64,000 nt of DNA from positions 96,001 through 160,000 of the forward strand of contig CAVSCK010000005.1 in assembly GCA_963726455.1 (NCBI GenBank), given 5' to 3'. A program made the position numbers and the translations under genes. Positions 9,971 through 20,030 of the stretch are shown here, piece by piece. The notes under the pieces are model-generated. The model worked only from the letters and a program-made list of their open reading frames with translations, did not search any database and had not been told where the DNA came from. Numbering within the stretch: position 1 is the first letter of the stretch; every line of letters begins with the position of its first letter. The DNA is from an uncultured bacterium. GTDB taxonomy: Bacteria > Zixibacteria > MSB-5A5 > CAIYYT01.

Positions 9971-11482
9971 TCACGGCTGCACGCCCGTGTGACACTCGGA
10001 GCAATTCATTTCCTTCCAGGCATCGCTGATGTCAACCGGATGCGAAAACTCCAGACCGGCCTCGGTAGTTGCGACCTGCAAACTGTCGGGCCTTCCCTGC
10101 AGCAAGATGGCATGACACGAATTGCATTCACGCGTCACGATCAAACCATCCGAGCTTTTGTGCTTGCCGTCGTGGCAACGGAAACATCCCTTGTTAATGA
10201 AATGCCCAATGTTGTTCGGATACACTGCCCAGCGAGCTTTCATCGTCGGGAAAATATTCTTCGAATACGCTTCCTGTGCGGCCGCAATCGCCTTATCGAT
10301 GTTTGCTTCATTCGCCGAGAAGTATGCCGCATCCCGCGCTTTATAGAAATCGTTGATCGTGCTGGCGATTCCGGCATAAGCGTCATCCTTGGTGTCGTAT
10401 TCCTTCGCAATCGCTTCGACCGCAATTTTCTTGATCTCCGGCAGCTTCCGATCGATTCGTTCTTCCAGCAGCATTTCGTCGATGGCATAATCCGGGGAAT
10501 TAAAGATATGGCTCGGGCGGTTGTGGCAATCTACGCAGTCCATTCTCCGCTTGACGGCTTTGTTGATTTCATCCTCAGTGAGCGGAGTCTCGGTATCCTG
10601 ATAGACTGTCACTCGCTTGGTCCGCTTGTCGGTGATTCTCACCCAGGGAATATCCTGCCGCTTTTCGTCGCGCGGGATGTACTCGATGTCGACGCCGACA
10701 TTCATATGCCAGTGAATTCCTGCGGTGTATCCCGGTTTGGGATCGCTGCCGCCGACCTTGACCAGCATATTGATCGTCCAGGGCGTGCTCGTTTCGTCGT
10801 ATTGGTACTGTTTGAATTCACGCTGCTGGGAACCGAATCTTTTCTCGGGCCAATGGCAGCGCTCGCACGTTTCCTGGGCCGGGCGCAGGTTGGTGATCGG
10901 CGTCGGAATCGGCCGCGGATATTTGTTCGCGACAACGGCGTAAACCTGATAAGCGCCCGACAATTTCGATTTGGCGTACCAACTGGCGCCATACCCGACA
11001 TGGCACTCGGCGCACGACACCCGCGCATGCGGCGACTGCTGATAGGCCGTGTGTTCCGGTTCCATGACGGAGTGACAGGTCAGCCCGCAGAAGGCCACCG
11101 ACTCCGTGTAATGATAGGCCTGATAACTTCCCACCGCGCTGATAACCAGAATCAACACTGTTCCCGACAAAAAGATGATCGTAGCGTTGCGGTGTCCGGT
11201 GCGGTTAAGATCCACCAGCGGCCACTTGGGAATCTCCTGCTCGCCGGTCTTCCGCCAACGCCGCCATTGCCGGTACATTCCTACCGGAATCAAAAACAAT
11301 CCAAACACAAACCCGGCGGGTAATACCATGTAAACGAATATTCCGAGGTAGGTGTTCGGCTCCTCGGCGCCGGCGCTGATAATGAGCAGTACGACAATCG
11401 CCAGACCCACGATAACTGCGATGGTAGCGCCCAGGGCGCTCGTCCAGTTCTGAGTGAGGCGCGGTAGTTTAGGTCTTTCCAT
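9971..11482 (-). CDS. Membrane-anchored multiheme cytochrome c (NapC/NirT-like N-terminus), 7 heme motifs
   Basis: Three N-terminal hydrophobic segments; CGLTCH (CX3CH) plus CAECH, CERCH, CVDCH, CFRCH, CNSCH, CSECH; start taken at MERPKL. Confidence 0.9.
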   Translation of the reverse strand: MERPKLPRLTQNWTSALGATIAVIVGLAIVVLLIISAGAEEPNTYLGIFVYMVLPAGFVFGLFLIPVGMYRQWRRWRKTGEQEIPKWPLVDLNRTGHRNATIIFLSGTVLILVISAVGSYQAYHYTESVAFCGLTCHSVMEPEHTAYQQSPHARVSCAECHVGYGASWYAKSKLSGAYQVYAVVANKYPRPIPTPITNLRPAQETCERCHWPEKRFGSQQREFKQYQYDETSTPWTINMLVKVGGSDPKPGYTAGIHWHMNVGVDIEYIPRDEKRQDIPWVRITDKRTKRVTVYQDTETPLTEDEINKAVKRRMDCVDCHNRPSHIFNSPDYAIDEMLLEERIDRKLPEIKKIAVEAIAKEYDTKDDAYAGIASTINDFYKARDAAYFSANEANIDKAIAAAQEAYSKNIFPTMKARWAVYPNNIGHFINKGCFRCHDGKHKSSDGLIVTRECNSCHAILLQGRPDSLQVATTEAGLEFSHPVDISDAWKEMNCSECHTGVQP

Positions 11483-11537
11483 AGCTAATTCATTCTCTCC
11501 AAAAAATGCACCGACCATTCTGGTCGATGCTCGCGCC

Positions 11538-11566
11538 AGAATACTATTCTAAGCGGACAAAATCAA
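11538..11566 (-). promoter_or_regulatory. Sigma70-type promoter of the cytochrome gene
   Basis: TTGATT-17-TATTCT. Confidence 0.5.
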
Positions 11567-11626
11567 GGGATTTTTCCCGGCCTGCGAGCGACACAATGCC
11601 CGCGAACATTCTCCTGAAGAAAGCAC

Positions 11627-11655
11627 TTGCCAAAGCAGACAAGAACTACTATGTT
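11627..11655 (+). promoter_or_regulatory. Sigma70-type promoter of the divergent dockerin gene
   Basis: TTGCCA-17-TATGTT, with GGAGG RBS before the ATG at 11706. Confidence 0.5.
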
Positions 11656-11705
11656 ATGTCGTCGCGAGTCATTGACCAGATACAATACCCTGCCGGGAGG
11701 ACAAT

Positions 11706-12695
11706 ATGAGAAGAGCTGTATTGATCGCGCTTGCCATCGTTTCGTTGTCGTTCATCTCATTTCTGACATCGCCGCAACCCGCCACTGCCGCCGCGATTGT
11801 CGCCGATCACACGACGGTCGCGAAGTTCGCGCAGATTCCGCAGGAATATTTCGACCAGATTCGCGCCAATTACCGGTTCTTCTATGGCCACACATCTCAC
11901 GGCAGCCAGATATTGACCGGAATCGGCATGTTGGCGTACGAGTATCCGCTGCAATGCGGCTCGCCGTCATTCTTCGAGTACGGCGACGATCTTGGCGCCG
12001 CCGGAGACATTACCTGGGTGCAGCCGACGCGCGATTTTCTCAATTCCAACCCGGATTACAATGTCGTGATGTGGTCATGGTGCGGCGGCGTATCCGACAA
12101 TACTGAGGCCGGTATTAACAGTTATCTCAACGCGATGGAGCAACTCGAAAACGAATTTCCGAATGTCCGATTCGTATACATGACCGGCCATCTCGACGGC
12201 ACCGGCGCCGCAGGAAACCTGTATGCGCGGAACAATCAGATTCGCCAGTGGTGTGCCGCAAACGGGAAAGTGCTTTTCGATTTTGCCGACATCGAGAGCT
12301 ACGATCCGGATGGCGCGTATTACCCCGACGGCAGCGACGCCTGCGAATGGTGCTATACTTGGTGCGCTACCCACACCTGCACTGACTGCGGAGGAAGTTG
12401 CGCGCATTCGCATTGTTTCAATTGCTATCAGAAGGCCAAGGCGTGGTGGTGGATTATGGCGCGTGTCGCCGGCTGGAACACGGATCCGGTTGGCTGCGGA
12501 GACGCCAACTCGGACGGTGGCATTGATATCAGTGACGCGGTATTCCTGATTGCCTACATCTTTTCAGGCGGCCCGGCGCCAAATCCGCTCAATTATGGCG
12601 ATGCCAACTGCGACGCAGCCATTGACATCTCCGACGCGGTCTACCTGATAAGCTACATCTTCGCCGGCGGCCCTGCCCCTTGTGCAAGTTGCTAG
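11706..12695 (+). CDS. Secreted SGNH-like hydrolase-domain protein with C-terminal dockerin
   Basis: Signal peptide; GHTSHGSQ, MWSWCG, YMTGH, LFDFADIES, Cys-rich CAHSHC; duplicated Ca-binding dockerin loops GDANSDGGIDISDAV / GDANCDAAIDISDAV. Confidence 0.75.
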   Translation: MRRAVLIALAIVSLSFISFLTSPQPATAAAIVADHTTVAKFAQIPQEYFDQIRANYRFFYGHTSHGSQILTGIGMLAYEYPLQCGSPSFFEYGDDLGAAGDITWVQPTRDFLNSNPDYNVVMWSWCGGVSDNTEAGINSYLNAMEQLENEFPNVRFVYMTGHLDGTGAAGNLYARNNQIRQWCAANGKVLFDFADIESYDPDGAYYPDGSDACEWCYTWCATHTCTDCGGSCAHSHCFNCYQKAKAWWWIMARVAGWNTDPVGCGDANSDGGIDISDAVFLIAYIFSGGPAPNPLNYGDANCDAAIDISDAVYLISYIFAGGPAPCASC

Positions 12696-12707
12696 CGCAC
12701 GCAACCC

Positions 12708-12766
12708 GTCATTGCGAGGCGTGCCCTTGAAGGTGGGAACGAGCGGGGACACGATAAGGCAATCTC
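12708..12766. repeat. REP/RPE-like palindromic element between convergent genes
   Basis: GTCATTGCGAG...GCAATCTC ends with inner cgtgccc/gggacacg arms. Confidence 0.45.
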
Positions 12767-12788
12767 TGTTCTCATTGGTGACGGAAAA

Positions 12789-13223
12789 TCATTTCGCCGT
12801 CTGCAACCGGCAGTAGGCAAAGAGCGCGTCGTATACAATCGATTCCTCCGCCAGCACTTCATGGTCGTCATTTAGTCCCAGATGCCGGAAACCCTCAGCT
12901 ATCGCACCCAGTCCGGCGGCCTCGGCACGGCCATAGAGATCATTTTCGCAATCGGCGCCATGAACTATCTGTGCCAGCAATTTGATCGCCGGATCTTCTA
13001 TCCCGTATTTGCTCACAATGGCTTCGAAACTGCACTTACCGTCGTGATGTCCCAGCTCGGCGCCGGCAACATCAAACGGGATAGCGTGCTCTCGCGCCGC
13101 TGTTTCCTGAACCATGTCTTTCGGCACGAATAGAAATTCTGCATGCGGATCGACGAATTTCCTGATCAACCACGGGCATGCCACACGGTCAACCTTTACG
13201 TGTTCACGGGTCACCCATTTCAT
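12789..13223 (-). CDS. ChrB C-terminal (chromate resistance) domain protein
   Basis: MKWVTR..KVDRVACPWLIRKFVDP.AEFLFV, PFDV.GAELGH, CSFEAI, YDALFAYC. Confidence 0.88.
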   Translation of the reverse strand: MKWVTREHVKVDRVACPWLIRKFVDPHAEFLFVPKDMVQETAAREHAIPFDVAGAELGHHDGKCSFEAIVSKYGIEDPAIKLLAQIVHGADCENDLYGRAEAAGLGAIAEGFRHLGLNDDHEVLAEESIVYDALFAYCRLQTAK

Positions 13224-13266
13224 ACAACACCTCCGACCAATGACGGTCGCCTATTTGATGATGCTA

Positions 13267-14475
13267 TTACGAAGCGACTTCTTTGCCGCGTAACGCAAAC
13301 CAGATCGTGCCTATGATTCCGAAGGCAAATGCGGTCAGCAAGTTTGTTTTCGGGCTGATCATCCAGAGTGCCGCCCCACCGAATGCCGCCAGCGCCACAA
13401 TCGTATCGCGAATCAGATAATATAGCCCGAACATCCCGGCCTCGCGTCCGGCCGGGGCCAGATCCATAATCATCGCCTTGCGCGTCGGTTCGCCAAATTC
13501 CTTGAGGCCGCGCAATATGAACGCGATTACCAATGGCCAGAACGAATGGCAGAAGAGCAGCACCAACGGGAACAGCGTAAAGTTCACGAAGGTAATGACG
13601 ACAAAGGGCTTCTTCTGAGTCTTGTCCGCAAAGTAGGCAACCGGAATGTAGACGAGCACCGCGGTGACCATTTCCACAGTGGTGAGAATTCCAAATTGCA
13701 CGCCGTCAACCGGAGCTGCAATTACCTTCATGCACCACACAACCACAAAGGCATAAGGAATCTGCTCGCAAAAACGAATTAGAATATCGGACACCAGCAG
13801 GTTTCGCAGCGGCTGGCTCATTTCCTTGAACAACTTCAAAGGATTGGCAATTGCCTTCTTCTGACTTTCGACAACATGCTGCCGATCGTCATCGATCATG
13901 AACTGTTGAACGATCGCGGCAATTATCGCCATCGCCAGCGCCGTCAGAAACGCCAACCGCACGCCGGTGCGCACACCCCACTGATCGATGAAGAACCCAC
14001 CGCACAACGGCCCCAGCGCCATTGGAATTCGCCGAATGAGGGAGTGCATCGTCACTCCCATCGTGCGTTTGGCTTTCGGCAAGACTCGCGCTACGAGACC
14101 CATGGTGGCTGGCAGTGATATCGCCGACCAGGTCAGAAAGAAAAATGCGCCGGCGATTACTGCCCATACCGTGGGAACCAGTATCACCAGCACGTAGCCG
14201 GCCATTGCCAGAAGATTGAAGGCCAGCAGCGACCGTTTGACGCCAAACCGATCCGAGAGATAGCCCCCGCCGAAAGAATAGACAGCTCCAACCTGGTTCT
14301 GCAACCAGCCAAGCAGTCCGATGGCAAGATCGCCTCCACCCAGGGCCAGCAAATAGATGGGCAGAAATCGTTCTGCCATCCGCTCGCCCATCCCGACGAG
14401 AATCACCATACCCATTAAGGCGACGATACTTCGCCTTAACCCAAAGAACTCGATGAACCGCCGGAAGAAGGTCAT
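13267..14475 (-). CDS. MFS transporter
   Basis: About 12 hydrophobic segments; motif A GYLSDRFGVKR. Confidence 0.9.
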   Translation of the reverse strand: MTFFRRFIEFFGLRRSIVALMGMVILVGMGERMAERFLPIYLLALGGGDLAIGLLGWLQNQVGAVYSFGGGYLSDRFGVKRSLLAFNLLAMAGYVLVILVPTVWAVIAGAFFFLTWSAISLPATMGLVARVLPKAKRTMGVTMHSLIRRIPMALGPLCGGFFIDQWGVRTGVRLAFLTALAMAIIAAIVQQFMIDDDRQHVVESQKKAIANPLKLFKEMSQPLRNLLVSDILIRFCEQIPYAFVVVWCMKVIAAPVDGVQFGILTTVEMVTAVLVYIPVAYFADKTQKKPFVVITFVNFTLFPLVLLFCHSFWPLVIAFILRGLKEFGEPTRKAMIMDLAPAGREAGMFGLYYLIRDTIVALAAFGGAALWMISPKTNLLTAFAFGIIGTIWFALRGKEVAS

Positions 14476-14604
14476 GTCTCTGCTATCCCGATTCGTACGA
14501 GAACGTACCAGTAACGTCTCTCTTCAACGCGAGAGGCAACCAACTTACCGAATTGGGGAATACTGCACAAGGAATTGGTCGGGAGAATATACATACAAAG
14601 AGAA

Positions 14605-14625
14605 AGGGCACGCATAGCGTGCCCT
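14605..14625 (-). terminator. Intrinsic terminator after rpmG
   Basis: Perfect hairpin agggcacgc-ata-gcgtgccct followed by TTCTCTTT on the minus strand. Confidence 0.75.
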
Positions 14626-14680
14626 GCAATAGCTCTTCCAAGGCCGTTCGGCAGCCACGCCGGTCAAGCCCATGGCCGCC

Positions 14681-14866
14681 TTAGCGGACTTCTTTATGAA
14701 TTGTATGCCGGCGCAGATAAGGATTGTACTTCTTGATCTCCATTCTGTCCGGGGTATTGCGCTTGTTCTTGGTCGTCGTGTACCGTGAAGCTGTCTTGCC
14801 CTCTTTGGCCGCCTCAGTACACTCGATGGTGATCATCCCACGCGCATCCGTTTTCTTCTTAGCCAT
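14681..14866 (-). CDS. rpmG: 50S ribosomal protein L33 (zinc-ribbon-less form)
   Basis: ITIECTE...[33 protein letters not shown]. Confidence 0.95.
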   Translation of the reverse strand: MAKKKTDARGMITIECTEAAKEGKTASRYTTTKNKRNTPDRMEIKKYNPYLRRHTIHKEVR

Positions 14867-14998
14867 TATCTATCTCCTCAATCTCACATTCTATCTGTGT
14901 CAACCTGACGGATGGCATCCCACCGCAGGAAGCATATCAATATATATCGAAAGCTCCGGAGCGCAAGTCATTTCCATAACAAACTAATTAATAACAGG

Positions 14999-16828
14999 TT
15001 ACACCGGCGGGCAGGCAGCGCATGGCACCGGTCCCCCGCCAAATATGTATTGAATAAGGTACACCGCGTCCGCGATGTCGATCGACTTGTCACAGTTGGG
15101 ATCCCCGGCTGTGGCTGTGACCGGCGCCGGTCCCCCCGCAAAAATGTAATTTATGAGGTAGACCACGTCGGCGATATCGACTCCACCGTCACCGTTGGCG
15201 TCGCCGCAAGTGAATTCAACCAGAGTAGTCCCCCACCAAGTGCCCCAGCGCGTGTCAGCAGGGTTCGGTCCAACCGGTGTCGCCGCATATTCCTGAATCG
15301 TCCAGAAGCTGGTGCTATCCTTGGGGTCTACGACTGTGGCACTAAAATCCCCCCAGCGAACCTCAGTTCCGCCGAAGGTCTTGGTATAGATGCCCTCGCC
15401 GGCCTTGATCGTTGCCACGGTGCTCGTCGTCCCGATTGGATCGGTTGACCTGCGGCCGGTGTAAGCCGCTTCGACAAAGATGTTGGGATTCGAATGCGAG
15501 AACCCGAGAAAGACATCATTCCCGGAATTGACTGCAATACTGGGAAAGAACAGAAAGTCATTCGTGCCCATATCAACCACGCCCGATTGCACAATCGGAT
15601 TCGGTAGCGTCGCCGGATCGAGTTCATACCAGAAGACGGAAACGTGGTTGGGAGAATTCACCGGCAGGCCTGCACTGTGCGTGCACCAAATCCTGCCGTT
15701 ACGGAAGACGGCATTGAGCATACGCGAATCGTTGGTTGACACCAGTGTGGCTGTGCCCTGTTGCTTGGCGTCTGGCTGATTATTCGAGAAATTATGTGCT
15801 ACCGAGAATAACCCCGAGCCGCCAATCGTCGAACCAGGCACAGCGGCCCAAACCGGCGCCGGTCCCGTACCGGTGATTTGTGTCAATCTGAGGAGAGCTA
15901 CTCCTCCCGAGGTGAATCCGGCATTATCGACCAGATATAGTGTCGGCTCATTACCGAATGTCTGACAGACGCGAAGCGCGAAACCTGAACCGACATTGCC
16001 GAAATTGTCTGATCCCACCGGAAAACTCGTGAAGGTCAACGGTCCCCCGGCAAGCGCCGTCGATTTTTCAATTACCCACATCGACGTTCCGGAGAAAGTA
16101 TTCCCCGTCACTTTGAACATGTTGGCCGTAATGGCAATCCAGGTTCCATTATACCCGATGTCCGGATAATCAGCCCAGCTAATGTGCGAGGTGTCCGCAG
16201 GTATGCGGTAGAATTTCCAGGTCCCCATCGGATTGGCGCTGTCGCTGACCGCCATCACCACAGCGGAATTCACGGTTTGGAAGTCCGCGATGGACGACGC
16301 ATACCAACGGTTGACGCTCGGGTCGTACAGAACGTGGGGATCACTAACATTGGTCGAACCCGTTGGCGACCAGAATGTCGGATAGGAGATTGTACTCAGG
16401 ATATTCCCAAACTTGTCCTGCACCCTGATTTGTGAATTCAGCATCGTCATCACCCGGTTCAGACTTACGGCGCCGTGCGAATCCGGAGGGATCACGTGAA
16501 GGTTATCGGGCAAGGCCTGGAAATTTCTGACTACCGGCGGCACCTGCATCGGCGAAAGAAATTGCTCTGTCCCCAGACTCCCTGCACTACCCAACTTACC
16601 CAGTGGCCCACCAACCTCTCTCGGCGCCGGCATCAGCAATAGCGGTTTTACTTCCTGCACCTCCGCGGTCTTTGCCAGCGGTGCCCTCGCCTCCATGTTC
16701 TCCAAGTCCTGCCAGCTCACCTGAGCTACCGGATCAATCTGCATTTGTTGTCCGGAGACGCCAAAACTTGCCGCAGTCAGCAACAGTATTAGAACGAGCG
16801 TCGCCCGCGACGTTTGCCATATCGACAT
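14999..16828 (-). CDS. Secreted protein: uncharacterised 'PPD...RWGDFS' domain plus dockerin
   Basis: Start MSIWQ with AAAGGAG RBS; signal peptide; [43 protein letters not shown]; terminal dockerin. Confidence 0.85.
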   Translation of the reverse strand: MSIWQTSRATLVLILLLTAASFGVSGQQMQIDPVAQVSWQDLENMEARAPLAKTAEVQEVKPLLLMPAPREVGGPLGKLGSAGSLGTEQFLSPMQVPPVVRNFQALPDNLHVIPPDSHGAVSLNRVMTMLNSQIRVQDKFGNILSTISYPTFWSPTGSTNVSDPHVLYDPSVNRWYASSIADFQTVNSAVVMAVSDSANPMGTWKFYRIPADTSHISWADYPDIGYNGTWIAITANMFKVTGNTFSGTSMWVIEKSTALAGGPLTFTSFPVGSDNFGNVGSGFALRVCQTFGNEPTLYLVDNAGFTSGGVALLRLTQITGTGPAPVWAAVPGSTIGGSGLFSVAHNFSNNQPDAKQQGTATLVSTNDSRMLNAVFRNGRIWCTHSAGLPVNSPNHVSVFWYELDPATLPNPIVQSGVVDMGTNDFLFFPSIAVNSGNDVFLGFSHSNPNIFVEAAYTGRRSTDPIGTTSTVATIKAGEGIYTKTFGGTEVRWGDFSATVVDPKDSTSFWTIQEYAATPVGPNPADTRWGTWWGTTLVEFTCGDANGDGGVDIADVVYLINYIFAGGPAPVTATAGDPNCDKSIDIADAVYLIQYIFGGGPVPCAACPPV

Positions 16829-17059
16829 AAGCTTGTCTCCTTTCATCCCTTTGGACACTTCTCTTGTTATAAAGAAACCGATTCGCTCCCTCACAGTTCC
16901 CTGTGATCGGTTGTCATGAGTCTTTCTGGCTCTACGATTAAGGTACGCGGCACCCTGCCCCATTTGTGGCGTCTAATTGACCTCCATAAACACAAGTTCC
17001 TGGCGGAGTAAGCGGGCTGATTTCTGGGGGCAAGAGGCGATTCTTAAGGGTCTGCGCTC

Positions 17060-17098
17060 AAAAAGAATGCCGTCCGGAGAGACTCTCCGGACGGCATT
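17060..17098 (-). terminator. Intrinsic terminator
   Basis: 15-bp perfect stem aatgccgtccggaga/tctccggacggcatt plus T-tract on the minus strand. Confidence 0.85.
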
Positions 17099-17135
17099 AC
17101 AGTCAATGCAGATGTAGGTTATCTAGTATCGTACC

Positions 17136-19592
17136 TCAACAGCCGGCACACGGAGCCGGACCGCCGGAGAAGATGTACGCGATCAAGTAGACGGCGTCCG
17201 AGATGTCAATTGAATGATCACAGTTGGCATCTCCCGCCTCCACCGGATTTGGTGCCGGACCGCCAGAGAAAATGTAGGCGATCAAATAGACAGCATCCGA
17301 AATGTCAACGCTGCCACTGCGATCGGCATCACCGCAAACGTAAGGCGGATCGACGACTCTAAGGTTGACCGCTACTGTGTCTGTCAACGCCGGAGCGCTG
17401 CCGTCCTGCAAAGCGATCGAGAAATAGAAGGTAGATTTATAGGTTGGAGTACCTGTGATCGTCCCGACCAGGCCATCATTAAACGTGAGGCCGTACGGCA
17501 AGTCTCCACCGACGAATGACCAGGTGTAGGGTGGAATGCCGCCCGAGTGCAGGAACTGGAATTCGTATGGCTTGTGATAATAGGCATCGGGCAGAGCTGG
17601 GTTCACATGCAGCAGTGGCTCGATGTGCAGGAATCCGTCGCATGCGTCGCCGACGCCGTCCGTATCCGAATCCCATTGATCATTGTTGCTCACCAGAGGA
17701 CAATTGTCGCAGGCATCACCAAACAAGTCACCATCAGCGTTCACTTGCGACAAATTGGGCGTATATGGGCAATTGTCGACTGCATTCAGAATGCCATCAT
17801 TATCAATATCGGGATCGCAAACATCACCCAGACCGTCACCGTCAGTATCCTTTTGATTCGCGTTGGCCACTGTCGGACAGTTGTCGCAGACATCACCGAT
17901 GCCGTCGTGGTCGGTGTCAAGCTGATTGGCATTTGCCGTCATCGGGCAGTTGTCCACGGTGTCTGCAACTCCGTCTCGATCCATATCTACCATAGTCGTT
18001 CCCCACCACGTGCCCCAACGGCTGTCATCGACGCCCGGACCGACTTTCATCCCCGCATATTCCTGAATGGTCCAGAAGCTCAGACTATCCATCGGATCTA
18101 CCACGGTAGCGCTGTAGTCTCCCCAGCGCACGCGTGTGCCACCGAAATTCTTGGTGTAGGTCGACTCACCTAATTTGAGCACCTTAATCGGCGCCATGGT
18201 GCCCAGCGGGTCGGATGCCTGGCGGCTGGTGTATGCCGCCTGCGCGTAGATCGTCGGATTGGAACGCGAAAACCCAATCATCGCATCATCATTGGCATTG
18301 GCATTTATGCTCGGGTAGAACAGATATGTATTCGCGCCCTCATCCAGTACGCCCGATTGCACGATCGGATTCGGCATTGCCGTCGGGTCGAGTTGATACC
18401 AGAATACGGCATCGCGATTGGCTGAAGATACCGGCAAACCTGCGGCATGCGTGCACCAAATCTTGCCGTTGCGGAAGACTGCATTAATGATTCGCGAATC
18501 ATTGGTTGTGATCTTGGTCGTGGTACCAAGCTGGGACGCATTGAGCATTGAGCCGTTGAAATTATTGGCAACCGCGAACAGCCCGGATTCGGCAATAGTG
18601 GATCCCGCTGTCGCGTTCCAGACCGGCGCCGGTCCGGTGCCGGTTATCTCAGTTATGCGCAGTTGATGGATACTGGAGATCGTGATATTGTTATTGTCAA
18701 CCACATACAACTTCGGCTCTGAACCGTAGGTCTGACATACGCGCAGAGTCCAACCGTTGAATCCACCGAAGATTCCTGATCCCACCGGAAAATAAGTGAC
18801 TGTCAGTGGGCCGCCCGAAAGCGCTGTGGATTTGTCGACCACCCACATCGCTGGTCCCGCCTGAGATCCGCCGGCAACCGGAAACATATTTGCAGTCAGC
18901 GCGATCCAGGTGTCGTTATAGCCAATGTCCGGATAGTCCGCCCAGTTGATGTTGCTCATGTCTGCCTTGATCGTGAAGTACTTCCAGACGCCCATTGGAT
19001 TACCATTGTCCGTCACCGCCAACAGCACTTCTGAACTCGCCGACTCGTAATTGGCGATGGAGGTGGCGTAAAACCGCCCTGTGCCCGGATCGAACAGTAC
19101 GCGCGGATCGCTTAGCGTTGAGGCCCCGACCGGCGCCCAGAATGCTCCGTACGAAATCGTCGAGAGAACCGTGCCCATGCGATTTTGCACCCGCACTTCG
19201 GAATTCAGGAATGTCATGATGTATGAAACACCGACGCCGCCGTCGGTATCGGGAGGAATAACAGCGCCGTTATCCGGAATCGCCTGGAAACTTCTCACCA
19301 CCGTGGGCGCTTGCACATTCTGGCTTACACCTGCGACACTAAGCGCATCCAGAATGTTGTTTTGACCGGTCGGTTTTGCTATCTCTGTTTCTGCAGGCAT
19401 CAGCATCAGCGGCGGCACTCTGTGAACCTGCTTTTGCGCCGGCGTCATATTCTGGTCTATGGCCATCAGGTCATTCCAGCTCACCGATGCAGCAGGTGAC
19501 AGAGTCACTCTCTGACCGGTCACAGCCAATAGTGATGTGATTGAGGTCAACGAAAGAAACAGAAATACAACGAACATTCGCTTTGCACTCAT
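17136..19592 (-). CDS. Secreted protein: 'PPD...RWGDYS' domain + thrombospondin type-3 repeats + putative Ig domain + dockerin
   Basis: Paralogue of 14999..16828; six D.D.DG..D.CDNCP-type units; GG.PPYTW...LP.GLT...G.ITGTPT Ig motif; terminal dockerin. Confidence 0.88.
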   Translation of the reverse strand: MSAKRMFVVFLFLSLTSITSLLAVTGQRVTLSPAASVSWNDLMAIDQNMTPAQKQVHRVPPLMLMPAETEIAKPTGQNNILDALSVAGVSQNVQAPTVVRSFQAIPDNGAVIPPDTDGGVGVSYIMTFLNSEVRVQNRMGTVLSTISYGAFWAPVGASTLSDPRVLFDPGTGRFYATSIANYESASSEVLLAVTDNGNPMGVWKYFTIKADMSNINWADYPDIGYNDTWIALTANMFPVAGGSQAGPAMWVVDKSTALSGGPLTVTYFPVGSGIFGGFNGWTLRVCQTYGSEPKLYVVDNNNITISSIHQLRITEITGTGPAPVWNATAGSTIAESGLFAVANNFNGSMLNASQLGTTTKITTNDSRIINAVFRNGKIWCTHAAGLPVSSANRDAVFWYQLDPTAMPNPIVQSGVLDEGANTYLFYPSINANANDDAMIGFSRSNPTIYAQAAYTSRQASDPLGTMAPIKVLKLGESTYTKNFGGTRVRWGDYSATVVDPMDSLSFWTIQEYAGMKVGPGVDDSRWGTWWGTTMVDMDRDGVADTVDNCPMTANANQLDTDHDGIGDVCDNCPTVANANQKDTDGDGLGDVCDPDIDNDGILNAVDNCPYTPNLSQVNADGDLFGDACDNCPLVSNNDQWDSDTDGVGDACDGFLHIEPLLHVNPALPDAYYHKPYEFQFLHSGGIPPYTWSFVGGDLPYGLTFNDGLVGTITGTPTYKSTFYFSIALQDGSAPALTDTVAVNLRVVDPPYVCGDADRSGSVDISDAVYLIAYIFSGGPAPNPVEAGDANCDHSIDISDAVYLIAYIFSGGPAPCAGC

Positions 19593-19666
19593 GGCAAAGA
19601 CTCCTTTCCTGGCACTAGCACCCTAGTTCCGTAATTGCAGTAGATTTCCTTCCGGTCCGTTGGCTG

Positions 19667-19814
19667 CCGGAATGGTTTGCGGGCAGACATTGGCGCACGG
19701 TAATACTACGCTTGCCAATCAATTATGAAGAACGACATCGTAGGCCTATTCTTGTAAGTAACTAGCACTTAAGATATACATTTTGTCTTGTTTGTCAAGC
19801 CGGATGTCAGCGAA
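19667..19814. repeat. Copy 1 of a ~150-bp duplicated promoter/5' leader
   Basis: Aligns colinearly with 22520..22669 (e.g. gccaatcaattatgaRgaacgaca; cttaagatatacattttg); contains TTGACA-16-TATCTT at 19771-19798 (minus strand). Confidence 0.85.
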
Positions 19815-19945
19815 GTGCAGGACTTGGGAAGCCCTGTGCAAAGCCGCTAAACCCGCAGCGATGGCGCGGAATACTTGTGCGGCATGCCTTCCCCCCGGTG
19901 CGCGGAAGACATAGTTACGAGGTGTATGCGATCGAACACCACACT

Positions 19946-19977
19946 AAAAAAGCACCGTCAGGAACTCTTCCTGACGG
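19946..19977 (-). terminator. Intrinsic terminator after the M6 protease gene
   Basis: ccgtcaggaa-ctc-ttcctgacgg stem plus T6 on the minus strand. Confidence 0.8.
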
Positions 19978-20030
19978 CACAAATTGCGAAAGCCGCGCAC
20001 AAGCGTGCGCCGCATGCTGGCTCTATCTTA

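Noticed and set aside
9989-11323. 444-aa plus-strand ORF (also 43235..44863, 22903..23931, 26863..27891 and similar)
   Set aside because: Antisense shadows of well-supported minus-strand genes; no motifs, and explained by codon bias.
12789-14475. Chromate-resistance island
   Set aside because: Only a ChrB-domain gene and a generic MFS transporter; no chrA and no mobility genes.
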